From: Octopus vulgaris
Lineage: Eukaryota
DNA length: 64,000 bases
Assembly: GCA_951406725.2 (NCBI GenBank)
Contig: OX597840.1
Coordinates: 27,900,001-27,964,000 of the forward strand
Direction of reading: 5' to 3'
The notes below the pieces were generated by a model that saw only the letters and a program-made list of their open reading frames with translations, was not told the DNA's origin and did no database searches. Position numbers and translations under genes: made by a program. Shown here one piece after another: positions 14,539-30,949 of this stretch (within the stretch, counting starts at the first letter, position 1; every line of letters begins with the position of its first letter).

Positions 14539-14716
14539 ACGTCACATGAAATATCGATTTCAAAGAAAGAGATTTTCAGATAAATACGATTAGTGAATGG
14601 GAAAGTGGAGGGGGGATTCAATTCAATGATGAAGGTTGAACTCGGAAATTGTTATACATGGAATTTACTGGAGTCGATGACATACATACATACGTATCCA
14701 TATATACACATATATC

Positions 14717-14760
<44 letters not shown>

Positions 14761-14849
14761 CACACACAAACATATATATATACATATATATATGTATATA
14801 TATGTGTGTGTATGCATGTATGTTATGTAAGTATCGTTTATCTCTTATC

Positions 14850-15040
14850 TTCTGTGGTCACGCTGGAGCACCGCCTTGTAGAATTTTTGTCCAACGCATC
14901 GAACCTCAGTATCTGTTGTTTTTCTTCTTTAAAGCCTTCTACTTATTCTGTGGTCTCTTTTGCCGAACTGCAAAGTTACATAGATATACATACACCAACA
15001 GAAGTTGTCAATTTGTGGCGGGGAACAAACACAGGCACAA
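14850..15040 (-). mobile_element. SINE A diverged 3' half
   Basis: gctggagcaccgcctt...ggtctcttttgccgaactgc. Confidence 0.7.
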
Positions 15041-15044
15041 ATAC

Positions 15045-15086
<42 letters not shown>

Positions 15087-15226
15087 GATAATGGTGTCAT
15101 TGAGACCAGAGAGGTGTCAGGTAATGCTGAATAAGTGCTATAGACAGACCATAGTTGAGTTCCAGATTCGGTAATATTGCGAATAAAGGGTTCAACCTTG
15201 GTTCTATGTCAGTGTGTGTGTATTAG

Positions 15227-15337
15227 AATTTTTTGCGTAATAAGATAAAAAAACCAAGGTTGTATAGATATTAGACCATTTATAGATAAATGCTCTAATT
15301 TCAATACAGCTTTGGTTTTTTATCTCATTACGCAAGA

Positions 15338-15340
<3 letters not shown>
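15227..15340. repeat. Short fold-back palindrome beside (TA)n
   Basis: ttgcgtaataagataaaaaaaccaagg / ctttggttttttatctcattacgcaa; centre catttat-ag-ataaatg. Confidence 0.8.
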
Positions 15341-15389
<49 letters not shown>

Positions 15390-15569
15390 ACACTTGTAGT
15401 ATAGGTTACGGATTCAGAGAATCGTATAGCCATTCATTGAATACTCCTGTAAAGGACACGGTTATGAGATCATATAGCATTCCAAAACACAGAAAATACC
15501 AGAAGATCGAATCAATGAAGTAAATTAAGAAGTACATAGATCACAAAATATCAGGAGATATAGAAGATG

Positions 15570-15876
15570 AATACATATATTTAACTACATGACATCCTTA
15601 GTCTTACGGCTGTTTCGAAGCCTTCTTCATGACGCTTTAATCTGAGAGGAGAAGAAATTATACTGGCGTGTTTGCATTAATATACATGCTCGGTATTATA
15701 CCTTACAATTGTATATTTACAAACCAATGCAAATAAATTGCATGCTATAATGCGTAGCAAGCATATTGATGCAAATGTGTCAACATAATCTATTCTACAT
15801 TAAATTTATTTCTCATAAAAAAGGCTGCGAAACGGCCGTAATCCTAAAGTTGTCAAGTGGTTAAAGAAATATATTT
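15570..15876. repeat. Inverted pair (~65 bp) with GAAACRGCCGTA hammerhead-like 3' half
   Basis: Minus 15570-15632 tcatgaagaaggcttcgaaacagccgtaagactaagg versus plus 15812-15876 tcataaaaaaggctgcgaaacggccgtaatcctaaag. Confidence 0.6.
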
Positions 15877-16067
15877 ATCTATAACACCTTCTAACAGTTA
15901 ATGGTTTAATATATACTATATATAAATAAATGATGAAAGGTAGTAAGCCAGTATTTCGAAGTTACAGTCAACCTCTTTGTAAAAATTAATAAACATATTC
16001 TCTGCTAAAATGTAATGAATATTCTTCAGCCTAAAGTTAAATTTTTATTATATGCAGCTACGAATAA

Positions 16068-16934
<867 letters not shown>

Positions 16935-17428
16935 CTGATCAACAAATAACTTTGCTGGTGTCAGTTCTATAATTTTTTCCAATACATCGTTTCATTACTT
17001 TATTTATTTCGTTTTTATCGATCCTTTCGCGGGAAGGTACTCTTTAGATGTACCTGGGTGGTGCTGGGTTTTCCCCCCGACGACATCCCGATAGAAGTGT
17101 TGAATATTTTGTAGTTTTTTTTCGAAAAAAATAAAATAATAAAATAAAATAAAAACAACAGAAAAGAAATCTGCGACTCGGGTTGCGTCTTTAAAATGAA
17201 GATGGATTGAAGTGGGCCATCATAATGTTCGAGGGTGAAAGTCTAAACATTGAGAGAATGAGAAAGAGTGTGTTAGGGGAAGCTAGGGTTTGGGGGGTGG
17301 GGACAAGCTAAATGTATCTCACATTTCGCTGCACTTGAGAATGAGAGCAATATCGCTGCCATGGTAACGAATACACAAGCAACGGAAAAACCACCACCAC
17401 CATCACCAAAACAACAACAACAACAACA

Positions 17429-17806
17429 GTGGAGGCGCAATGGACCAGTGGTTAAGGCAGCGGACTCGTGGTCGGAGGATCGCGGTTTCGATTCCCAGAC
17501 CGGGCGTTGTGTGCGTTTATGGAGCGAAAACACATAAGGTTCCACGAGCCTCCGGTAGGAGGTAGTGGCGACCCCTGTTGTACTCTTTCGCTCCAACTTT
17601 CTCTCACTCTTTCTTCCTGTTTCTGTCCTCCCCGACTTCCTACGCAACCGCTGAGCCTGGATGCGCATTCATCCATCCGTCGATGCTCTCGGTGTCGGGG
17701 GTTGACCTGCGTTCTCTTCTGCGAGTATTACGAATAGCAAAGGACCACGTTTCGGACTTCTCCCACTCTGGGACGAAGACCGCTAGGCTCAACAAACAAA
17801 CAAACA
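17429..17806 (+). mobile_element. SINE B, tail type 2 ending in (CAAA)n
   Basis: Same head as 759 and 39828, different 3' body; inserted in a (CAA)n tract. Confidence 0.8.
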
Positions 17807-18023
17807 GCAACAACAACGAGAATAACAAAAATAATAACATCAACACCAAGACAAACAACAGAAATATTAAGAATATAAGAAATAATACTAACAACAGTGA
17901 GGTTTTCGCCAAGCGTGGCGGTCCCGAAAATTATTGGAACAACCATGACAATAGCAACAAGGCGATTAACAAAAACACTAACAACATCAGCCTCAATATT
18001 AAGACAAACCAGAACAGTATAAA

Positions 18024-18180
18024 CGAGTGGCTGTGGGGAAGAAGCTTCCTTACCAACCACATGGTTCCGGGTTCAGTCCCACTGCGTGGCAACTTGGGCA
18101 AGTGTCTTCAACTATAACCTCGGGTCAATTAAAGCCTTGTGAGTGGATTTAGTAGAGAAATTGAAAAAATCTCATCGTAT
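18024..18180 (+). mobile_element. SINE A 5' half
   Basis: gagtggctgtggggaagaagc...ggttcagtcccactgcgtggcaacttgggcaagtg. Confidence 0.85.
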
Positions 18181-18185
18181 ATATG

Positions 18186-18238
<53 letters not shown>

Positions 18239-18287
18239 GTGTGTATGTATATATATATATATGCATATTTATATATGTGTGTGTGTA

Positions 18288-18322
<35 letters not shown>

Positions 18323-18559
18323 GCGTTAGGGAATATATATATATATACATGTATATATATATATGTAAGTATATACATATAAACGAAAACAAATACATAG
18401 ATATGCATATACATACATATATAAATACATACATGAATATGTTTATGTGCACATATATACATCTATATATGTGTATGTATAAATACTTGTATATGTATGT
18501 ATAACACTCATGTGTATTGCTATGATTGATGCACTCACACATACACTCACACACACACA

Positions 18560-18599
<40 letters not shown>

Positions 18600-19213
18600 A
18601 ATAAATTGGCAGCAGAACGTACACCAGAAATTATGCTGGTTCATTTCTAATATCAACCATCAATCACACACTGCTTCATATGATCAAGTTGGCCTAGTTG
18701 AAAATCAATGGGTTCCTACTTGTATTATCGATCTCACATGAAGAAGGAAAAATAAAGATCGAAAAAAAAAAAGAAAGAAACTGTTTCTCTCGGTAAGATT
18801 TGAAAGCAAATTCTCCGAAAATGCTAATAACAAATAGGTTGGTTCCGCTCCGGTAATCTGAGATTGATGCGTTACACGAATAATCTGGATTGCTGTTTAA
18901 TATTTTACCTGTAAAAGTAAAAGTAAATACGTATTATGAGAGATGCAAAGGATGGGATTGAACCTACGCATCTTGTCTCACTTTTGTTGTTATCTTAATG
19001 AAAGTGGTCCGCTGTATACTTACCTGTACTCAGGTATTTGTATGAATATACATGTATGCATATGAATGTAGACACACACACACAAACGCACAAGTATATG
19101 TGCTTGTAGGTGCGTGTCTGCGTATATATGCATGTATGTGTATTTTCATGTATGTATAGGGAGACAGGCAAACAGACAGGTAGGCAGGTAGGTAGATAGA
19201 TAGATAGATAGAG

Positions 19214-19328
<115 letters not shown>

Positions 19329-19337
19329 GAGATAGAT

Positions 19338-19368
<31 letters not shown>

Positions 19369-20200
19369 TATACCTATACATATATACATATGCATATATG
19401 ATTGTGCAAGTGTATGTATATATGCATATATATATATGTGCATGTATATATATACATCTACAGACACACAAACACACGAATATACATACATGCATACATA
19501 CATAAATACATAATACATACATGCATGCAAGCACACATACATACATACACGCATACATGCATACATACATACATACATACATACATACATACCTACATAC
19601 ATGCATACATACTTACATACATACATACATCCATAATACATACATGCATGCAAGCGCACATACATACATACACGCATACATGCATACATACATACATACA
19701 TACATACATACATACATAATACATACATGCATGCAAGCGCACATACATACGTACATACACGCATACATGCATACATATACACACACACATACATACATAC
19801 ATACATACATACATACATACATACATACATACATACATGCATGCAAGCACACATACATACATACATACATACATACATACATACATACATACATACATAC
19901 ATACATACACGCATACACGCATACACGCATACATACATGCATACATACATGCATACACATATTCATTTCGCGGCGAATATTTCCCGGAGGCTGACAGACA
20001 ACGGGATGGCAAAAGTATTAATAAAGTTATGGTTGTCACTACATTCAAGGTCCGCCATGTTGTGATAGATGGATGGTAGATTGGATGGATGGATTTTACC
20101 GCATATGATGTGAATGCAGACTCGCAAACTTTAGATTTAATCGATGATTATCATTGTATCACAAAGTTTGTCTCCTGACCCGTTAGTGTATTATAGATGC

Positions 20201-20234
<34 letters not shown>

Positions 20235-20280
20235 ATATGCTTCTATCTATCTATCTGTCTATCTAGTTGTCTGTGTGCTT

Positions 20281-20466
20281 CGCGGTATTTCGCCCGTCGC
20301 TACGTTCTGAGTTCAAATTCCGCCGAGGTCGACTTTGCCTTTCATCCTTTCGGGGTCGATAAATTAAGTACCAGTTACGCACTGGAGCCGATGTAATCGA
20401 CTTAATCCGTTTGTCTGTCCTTGTTTGTCCCCTCTATGTTTAGCCCCTTGTGGGTAGTAAAGAAAC
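20281..20466 (+). mobile_element. SINE C, 5'-truncated
   Basis: ttctgagttcaaattccgccgaggtcgactttgcc...agccccttgtgggtagtaaagaaa. Confidence 0.85.
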
Positions 20467-20467
20467 A

Positions 20468-20538
<71 letters not shown>

Positions 20539-20785
20539 TAATCCATATATATATATATGTACATATATATATGTACATATGTATATATGTATATATATAT
20601 ATATATACATACATATATGTATTCATATAAGTATATATATATCTATATAATATATATATACATATATGTATATGTATACATATACGTATACATATGTGTA
20701 TATGTATATATATATATATATATATACATATATATAACCATATATATAATTATACGTATATGTATATACATATATTTATATATAT

Positions 20786-20828
<43 letters not shown>

Positions 20829-20925
20829 TACGTATATCTATCTATTTATCTATATATATATATCGACGGATAGATAGATATAGATATAGATATTTATGTG
20901 TCTGTTTATACATATAGATACAAAT

Positions 20926-21014
<89 letters not shown>

Positions 21015-21385
21015 CACACACACATGCATATACAGGGTGAATGTATACAGATATAAATGGTTTGTAATTCAATTTGTCTTGTAAGGTTATGAACTGGTTT
21101 GTTCGTTGCAGTATTGGATGATATTCCTAACAGAATTGCAGTTTTATCGTGTACCAGTTTCAAATTCCGCCCCAGCTATAATGATATTACAATGTTGTGG
21201 GGAATATACATAAATTGCAGGCGCTAGCGTTAACCATACTTTTCCTCCCTCTCATTCATACAAAAACAGACGCTATTGCGCCTTAAAAGGGGCTTAGAAA
21301 TAGTGTCCCAACACCTTGTATTCTCATATGCATGCAGCTCTCCACAGACACACACGTACACATACATTTCATACATATACACACG

Positions 21386-21440
<55 letters not shown>

Positions 21441-21443
<3 letters not shown>

Positions 21444-21652
21444 TCTTTTTACTCTTTTACTTGTTTCAGTCATTTGACTGCGGCAATGCTGGAGCACCGC
21501 CTTTAGTCGAGCAAATCAACTCCGGGACTTATTCTTTGTAAGCCCAGTACTTATGCTATCGGTCTCTTTTGCCGAACCGCTAAGTGACAGGGGCGTAAAC
21601 ACACCAGCATCGGTTGTCAAGCAATGCTAGGGCGACAAACACAGACACACAA

Positions 21653-21685
<33 letters not shown>

Positions 21686-21858
21686 AACATATATACGACA
21701 GGCTTCTTTCAGTTTCCGTCTACCAAATCCACTCACAAGGCATTGGTCGGCCCGGGACTATAGCAGAAGACACTTGCCCAAGATGCCACGCAGTGGGACT
21801 GAACCCGGAACTATGTTGTTGGTTAGTAAGCTACTTACCACACAGCCACTCCTGCGCC
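21441..21858 (-). mobile_element. SINE A, full length
   Basis: Collinear with 3101-3558. Confidence 0.9.
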
Positions 21859-21893
21859 TATCTATATCGAAAATTCGAATTTTTTATACATAC

Positions 21894-21975
<82 letters not shown>

Positions 21976-22159
21976 TGTATAAAAAATTCAAAATTTTTAT
22001 ATATATGTATATATATATATATATATTATCTATATATATATATATATATATTTCTATATATCTACATATATATATATATATATGTGTGTGTGCGTGTGTG
22101 TTTGTGTGTATGTATATCAAACACATACACACACGCCTATATAGTTGCAAATCTTCGAA

Positions 22160-22800
22160 ACATACATACATACATTCATACATTCATACATACATTTATA
22201 CATACATTTATACATACATACATACATACATACATTTATACATACATACATACATACATACATACATGCATACATACATACATACATTCATTCATACATA
22301 CATACATAGATACATACATACATACATACATACATACATACATACATACACACACACATACATACATACATACATGCATACATACATACATACATACACA
22401 CACACATACATACATACATTCATACATACATACACACATACACACATACATACACACATACATACATACATACATACACACATACATACATACATACATA
22501 CATACATACATACATACACACATTCATACATACATACACACATACATACATACATACATACATACATACATACATACATACATACATACATACATACATA
22601 CATACATACATACATACATACATACATACATACATACATACATACATACATACATACATACATACATACATACATACATACATACATACATACATACATA
22701 CATACATACATACATACATACATACATACATACCTACATTCATTCATACATACATACATACATACATACATACATACATACAGACAGACAGACAGACAGA
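22160..22800. repeat. (CATA)n microsatellite
   Basis: Direct reading. Confidence 0.95.
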
Positions 22801-22964
22801 CGCAAGATTTGCTAAGCTTCCTCTCGTAACGTATTTTTTTTTTCGGACCAAATTTAATTCAAGCAAGTTTAAAAGGAATGATTGAGTGAAGAGGTGTCTG
22901 CATTGGGGTGATTGAGATTTAAGTGAGTCAGGTGGCGCGGGGTGGGTGGAAGAGGTGAAAGAGG

Positions 22965-23251
22965 AGAAAGACGAAGAAGAAGGAAAAGAATGAAGAGGAA
23001 GTAGAGGATGAGGAGGTAGAAGGAGAAGAAGAAGAAGAAGAAGAATAAAGAGGAAGAAGAATGAAACATAAAAGATATGAAGAAGAATAAAGAGGAAGGA
23101 GAGGAGGAGGTAAAAGAAGGACAAGAAGAAGAAGAAGAAGAAAAAGAAGAAGAATGAAGGAGAAGAAGGAGAAGGAGAAGAAGAAGGAGAAGGAGGTGAA
23201 GAAGAAGAAGAAGAAGAAGAAGAAGAAAAAGAATTAGAAGAAGAAGAAGTG

Positions 23252-23289
<38 letters not shown>

Positions 23290-23433
23290 GCGACGACGAT
23301 GACGAAGAAGAAGATGGAGAAGGAGGAGAAGGAGGAGAAGAAGAAGAAGAAGAAGAAGAAGACGAAGAAGAAGAAGAAGAAGAAGAAGAAGAAGAAGAAG
23401 AAGAAGACGAAGAAGAAGAAGAAGAAGAAGAAG

Positions 23434-23465
<32 letters not shown>

Positions 23466-23520
23466 GAAGAAGAAGAAGAAGAAGAAGAAGAAGAAGAAGA
23501 AGAAGAAGAAATAAGAAGGT
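22965..23520. repeat. (GAA)n-rich polypurine tract with a (GAT)n block
   Basis: Direct reading. Confidence 0.95.
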
Positions 23521-23852
23521 GATGCAGAGGAGAGGAGGAACCAAAAATACTGCAAATATAAAAAAAAACAAATAAAAAATGCCACGTTCCAGCTGCCTGT
23601 GTTGTGCTAGTCTTGAGAATTGTCAGGAGGATAGCAGTGAGAAGTTTGGAACTGGTGATTGGTGATTCCTTTAGCAGAAGGCCAGGAATTAATGGTCAGC
23701 GATAGGAAGAAAATTGATGGAAGGGGAACGGGGAGAGGAGAATGAGAGAGGGAGAAGGAGAGGGAGAGGCAGATAGTAGGGGGAAGATGGAGATAGTGAT
23801 AGAGAAATGTACACATATATACATACACACATATATACATACATACATACAT

Positions 23853-23929
<77 letters not shown>

Positions 23930-23942
23930 TAGACAGATAGAC

Positions 23943-24050
<108 letters not shown>

Positions 24051-24195
24051 GGGTGGATTGATGGATGGATGGATGGAGAGAAAGAATAAGAGAAAGAAAG
24101 AAAGAAAAAGAGATTAACGGAGGGAAACAAGGATATATCTAGAATGGATAGATCCTAGGTGTGAGGGGGAAGAATATGAGTATGTGCGTATATGT

Positions 24196-24275
<80 letters not shown>

Positions 24276-24544
24276 GTATGTATGTATATGTATGTATATA
24301 TATATATATACGTAAATATATATATATATATGTATATAAATGTATATGTGTGTGTATATGTATATATATAGCTAGAGAGGAATAGATGAGGGGGGAAGAA
24401 GCAACTGAATGAGAGAATGAACGAGAGAAAGAAAGAGAAGGAGAGCGAGTAGGTATAAATATAAGAATAACAACAACAAAATCAAAAACGACTACGGGTA
24501 GAGTTTCGTATCTAACAACAACAATAAGTAAAGCAACAACGACT

Positions 24545-24669
<125 letters not shown>

Positions 24670-25480
24670 GTAATAATAGTAATAATAATAATAATATGGC
24701 GGCTTTCGTTTCGTTTTCTGTTACTGGCCACAAGGGTTGATATGCTAATAACAGTCAGAGACATGGCTGGTTTGTAGTGTTGCATAGAAAAAGAAGGAAA
24801 ACAGACGGAAAGAGAAGAGCATGAGTAACAATGTCAGAAAGAAGAAGAACATCAACAACAACAACAACAGCAATGATAACAGCAGCAACAACAACAACAA
24901 CCAACAACAACAAGAACGAGCCTACTGCAATAATCAGAGCCCGACCGATGAAGGATCGCGAAATGAAAAGAAAAACGAAGATTCGTTTCGTTGGTAAGAA
25001 GAATATTTTACTCTAAAACATGACCTATGTATATGTATGTATATATGGGTGTCGTATGTGTGTGTGTATAAATGTATGTATGTATGTATGTGTGTATGTA
25101 TGTATATGTGGATGTACGTATGTATGTATGTATGTATGTATGTATGTATGTATGTACGTATGTATGTGGATGTGCGTATGTGTGTGTGTATGAATGTATG
25201 TATGAATGTCTGTATATGTGGATGTGCGCATGTGTGTGTATTAATGTATGTATGTATATATGTATGTATATATATGTATGTATGTATGAATGTATGTATG
25301 TATGAATGTATATATCTATGAATGTATGTATCTATGGACGTACCTATGTATATATATGTATATATGTAACTATGTACGTACGTATGTATATACATAAATG
25401 TATATGTATGTATGTATATATGTATGTATGTATGTATGTATATATATATATGTATGTATGTATGTATATATATATATATA

Positions 25481-25710
25481 GGCGGCGAGCTGGCAGAAAC
25501 GTTAGCACGCCGGGCGAAATGCTGAGCGGTATTTCGTCTGCGTTACGTTGTGAGTTCGAATTCCGCCGAGGTCGACTTTGCCTTACATCCTTTCGGGGTC
25601 GATAAATAAAGTACCAGTTACGCACTGGGGTCGATGTAATCGACTTAATCCCTTTGTCTGTCCTTGTTTGTCTCATCTGTATTTAACCCCTTGTGGGTAG
25701 TAAAGAAATA
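25481..25710 (+). mobile_element. SINE C, full length
   Basis: ggcggcgagctggcagaaacgttagcacgccgggcg...gagttcgaattcc (B-box-like)...ccccttgtgggtagtaaagaaata, between (TA)-rich flanks. Confidence 0.9.
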
Positions 25711-25826
25711 TATATGTATGTATGTATGTATATACATGAATGTATCTGTATGTATGTATGTATGTATATATGTATGTACGTACGTATATATATATATGTA
25801 TGTACGTATGTATATATGTATGTATG

Positions 25827-25860
<34 letters not shown>

Positions 25861-26248
25861 TGTATGTATGTATGTATGTATGTACGTACGTACGTATGTA
25901 TGTATGTATGCATGAATGTATGTATATATGTAATACGTATGGAAATATGTATGAATGTATGTGTATGTATGTATATATGTAGGTACGTATGTATACACGT
26001 ATGTATGTATGTTTCTATGTATGTATGTGTGAGTATATATGAGTACGCATGTATGTGTATAAATAGATGTATGTTTATGTATAGGCCCGTATGTCTGCAT
26101 GCACATATCTACATGTACGAAGGTATGTTTGTATTTAAGTAATGCATGTAGGTAGGTATGTATAGATTTATGTATGAATACTTATATGCGTATATATGCA
26201 TAGAGTGTATGCATATATATATATATATATATATATATAGATAGATAG

Positions 26249-26292
<44 letters not shown>

Positions 26293-26293
26293 G

Positions 26294-26325
<32 letters not shown>

Positions 26326-26497
26326 TGTAGACATGTATGCATGTTATGTATGCAGATATGTATGTATGTACGTATATACATATATATTTATGTATTTATG
26401 TATATATGAATATATGTATGTGTGAATGTATTTACGTATGTATTTATGATTATATGTGTTTATATAAATGTGTATGTATGTCCCTTTCTATAGGTAT

Positions 26498-26532
<35 letters not shown>

Positions 26533-26562
26533 AATGTGTTAATATATACAGATGTATTAAGT

Positions 26563-26775
26563 TGGTGCGCTGGCAGAAATATTAGGACGACGGGCGAAAT
26601 GCTTAGTGGTATTTCGTCTGTCTTTACGTTCTGAATTCAAATTCCGCCGAGGTCGACATTACTTTTCATCCTTTCAGGATCGATAAATTAAGTACCAGTT
26701 GCTACTGGGTTCGATCTAATCGACTGGCCCGCCCCACTTCCTAAACATTTCGGGCTTGTGCCTAGAGTAGAAAAG
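26563..26775 (+). mobile_element. SINE C with alternative tail (tttcgggcttgtgcctagagtagaaa)
   Basis: Head and core homology to 25481. Confidence 0.85.
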
Positions 26776-26907
26776 TATATAATTATGTTTATATGCATAT
26801 ATGCATATATGTGTGTATATATGTATGTTACGTGTATATGAATATGCACGCATGTCCGCTTGTATAGGTTTGTTTATAAATACACATATATACGTATAGA
26901 TTTATAT

Positions 26908-26947
<40 letters not shown>

Positions 26948-26950
26948 GTA

Positions 26951-26994
<44 letters not shown>

Positions 26995-27874
26995 CATATA
27001 TATATATATATATTGATACATACAGATGTATGTGTATATGAATGTATGTATGTTTGTATGCATGTATGTATGTATGTATGCATCTATATACATCATTACG
27101 TGTATTAATCCGAGTATCTATATATAAGTACACCCATTTATACAACTAGCATCTTTCTATGGGTATATATGTGTGTGAGGGTGTGTATGTACTTGTGTGT
27201 GTCTGTGTGTAGATGAATACATGCATATACCTGTATATCTATCTATCTCCCTATATATAAATATATGTGTGTGTGTGCGGTGTATGTGTGTATGAATGTA
27301 CGAACGAATATGTAGTGTGTTCATAATGCATTGATGTGTGTACTACGAAAATCTCTCTCTCTAAAATAAGACGAGCGAAAATATTTACATATGAATACAT
27401 ATACACGTATATATATGTATAGCTACTCACACACACACACACTCACACACACACACACACATACATACACACATAAATGTATAAGGACATAAACACATAT
27501 ATGCATGTATATATATGAACTGATATATATATGTGTTGCTGCTCCTATTCAACTCTGTATTCCTTTAACCAGTTACACTCGCCTTTTTTCTCTCAACCTT
27601 TCACTTTACACCACCAAGGATATATTTTCATACATACATACATTACAGACATGCATACATACATACATACATGCATTCAAACATACATGCCTACCAACAA
27701 ACATACGCCCAATAAAACTGAACAATGATATACATACAAACATACATACAAATATACATACATGCATCCATCCATCCATAGATATTTACATACATACATA
27801 CTTCTGTGGATGCTTGCGTTTATATATATTATACTATGTTATATTATATTTTATTATATATTATATAAAAATTA

Positions 27875-27905
<31 letters not shown>

Positions 27906-27909
<4 letters not shown>

Positions 27910-28117
27910 ATAAAAATGGTAAGACAACAAAAGAAAGAAAGAGACCTCGATATTATGTAAATAGAGGAATTTATCTGTAAATGTAATATGTGACAATTAT
28001 TTGGTAGCCATGATAAAACTCCGAGTTTCGGATGCCGAGATGGAAATCCACGTCGCTCCATGGCCAGGTAACTGAAGAGATGTCGGCGTGGATTCCCACA
28101 TCGGCATCCGAAACTCG
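27906..28117. mobile_element. Fold-back element broken within a hammerhead ribozyme motif
   Basis: Arms 28022-28055 / 28084-28117; CTGAAGA 28072, stem II GATGTCGG/TCGGCATC, GAAAC 28110. Confidence 0.7.
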
Positions 28118-28123
28118 CATATT

Positions 28124-28176
<53 letters not shown>

Positions 28177-28267
28177 AAGTAATAAATATATGCGTGTGTG
28201 TGTAGAGAGAGAGAAATGCATAGTTACATATATGCATGTATATATATATAGCATATAACATATATAT

Positions 28268-28336
<69 letters not shown>

Positions 28337-28667
28337 GTTTGTATATATATACAGACATACACACGCACATTCACACACACAAACACATTTATGTATAAAT
28401 ATGTTTAGTATAATTCGAGTTAAAAACTCGCAACGTACATTGAAGATTACGTATGCCGTTATTAACCTACCACATTGTATAGTACAATGGTTTGATCGTA
28501 TTCCACCCGATTATTGCTGGAATATATTCAGCTATATACTAATTAAAAATAAAAATCTTTATATAATGGTATATGAATATAAACCAATTAAAGCTGGGGT
28601 GCAGTACATAATGAAATAGTAAGAAGTGGTGTTAATGACTGATATCCCCCATCCTCGTGTTATATTA

Positions 28668-28711
<44 letters not shown>

Positions 28712-28728
28712 GTATAAATATGTATATG

Positions 28729-28773
<45 letters not shown>

Positions 28774-28899
28774 ATATAAGTATATATATCTATCTATATA
28801 TGTTTATATATATATGTGTGTTTTAATGTATGTGTATGTATATCTATCTATCTATCTATCTATCTATATATATATATATATATATAAATCTATCTATCT

Positions 28900-28957
<58 letters not shown>

Positions 28958-29026
28958 CTATATATGTTTATATATATATATGTAAATATATATATGTGTA
29001 TGTGTGTTTTAATGTATGTGTATGTA

Positions 29027-29157
<131 letters not shown>

Positions 29158-29369
29158 GTATGTGTAAGTGTTTGCATGTGCGATATGTAGTAATTTTTTT
29201 TTTGTAGTACTCAATGCATGAGGGTAAAATTTTAAGTTTTAATTTAAGATCATACAATCCTATCTTTCGGGAATTGGGTTCCTAACCGGTGGTACTTTGA
29301 AACAACACACATACAGACGCACACACGATAGACATAAAACATCTACATACACATATGCACACAAACGCG

Positions 29370-29419
<50 letters not shown>

Positions 29420-29487
29420 TAAAATATATGTATATCATGTGTGCACCTCTGTGTGTGTGTGTGTGTCAGTGGTGCAATGTATATTTA

Positions 29488-29529
<42 letters not shown>

Positions 29530-29640
29530 ATATATGATGTATAAAAACATGTAATATACAAATGAATATCTGTATAAGATAATATAAAACCATCCGATTT
29601 TCTGTAAAGTAAAACCTCGATTTTCTGAGTACCTCATTTC

Positions 29641-29735
<95 letters not shown>

Positions 29736-29878
29736 TACGTTGTGCAAACAGGGAAGATAGAAATCAAAACATCAGAATACATATTTTTTATAAACTAGTT
29801 TCATAAATACTAGTTATACATAACGAAACTCTCGGTCCTTGAGTTACTCTGCAACGTCTGCTAAAAATAATCATAATA

Positions 29879-29921
<43 letters not shown>

Positions 29922-29923
<2 letters not shown>

Positions 29924-30226
29924 CTCTTTTTACTCTTTTACTTATTCTTTGTAAGCCCAGTACTTATTCTATCGGTCAATTTTGCCGAACCGCTAAGTGA
30001 CGGGGACGTAAACACACCAGCATCGGTTGTCAAGCAATGCTAGGGGGACAAACACAGACACACAAACACACACACATACACATATATATGCGACAGGCTT
30101 CTTTCAGTTTCCGTCTACCAAATCCACTCACAAGGCATTGGTCGGCCCGGGGCTATAACAGTGGGACTGAACCCGGAACCATGTGGTTGGTTAGCAAGCT
30201 ACTTACCACACATCCACTCCTGCGCC
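29922..30226 (-). mobile_element. SINE A with two internal deletions
   Basis: Lacks the tail stem segment and the CORE-like segment relative to the 21441 copy. Confidence 0.85.
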
Positions 30227-30232
30227 TATATG

Positions 30233-30340
<108 letters not shown>

Positions 30341-30727
30341 GTATATATATTATGTCTATTATTTATTAGTATTTATTGCAATTATTTATTCGTCGATTGG
30401 CTAACCGTTTTGCTAACTGAATATTCGATTGTTTGGTTAACCATTCGATCAATCAATCAGTCTGTACGGTTTGTCAAAGTCCTCCCATCACCATTCGCCA
30501 ACACATCAAGGCCTTCTCTAGTCTAGGTTTGTTTACATGTAGTGCACCTATACACACACACACACGTACGCACACTTACACGGAGATACATACACATATG
30601 TGTGTGTGTATGTACATACTTATATATATGCATATATATATATATGTATACATATGTATATACATATATATATGTGCATATATATACATATAAATATATG
30701 TGTGTGTATGTTTTGTGCATGCATATA

Positions 30728-30776
<49 letters not shown>

Positions 30777-30791
30777 GTGCATGTATATATG

Positions 30792-30841
<50 letters not shown>

Positions 30842-30949
30842 CATAGATGGATACATTTATGTGTGTATATATTTGTGTGTGTGTATATGTATCTATTTCT
30901 CTCTCAATCTCTCTCTGTATATGTGTGTGTGCGCATGTCTTTATGTCTA

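Noticed and set aside
17578-18117. 179-aa ORF as a gene
   Set aside because: Runs across a SINE B tail, an AAC-rich tract and a SINE A head
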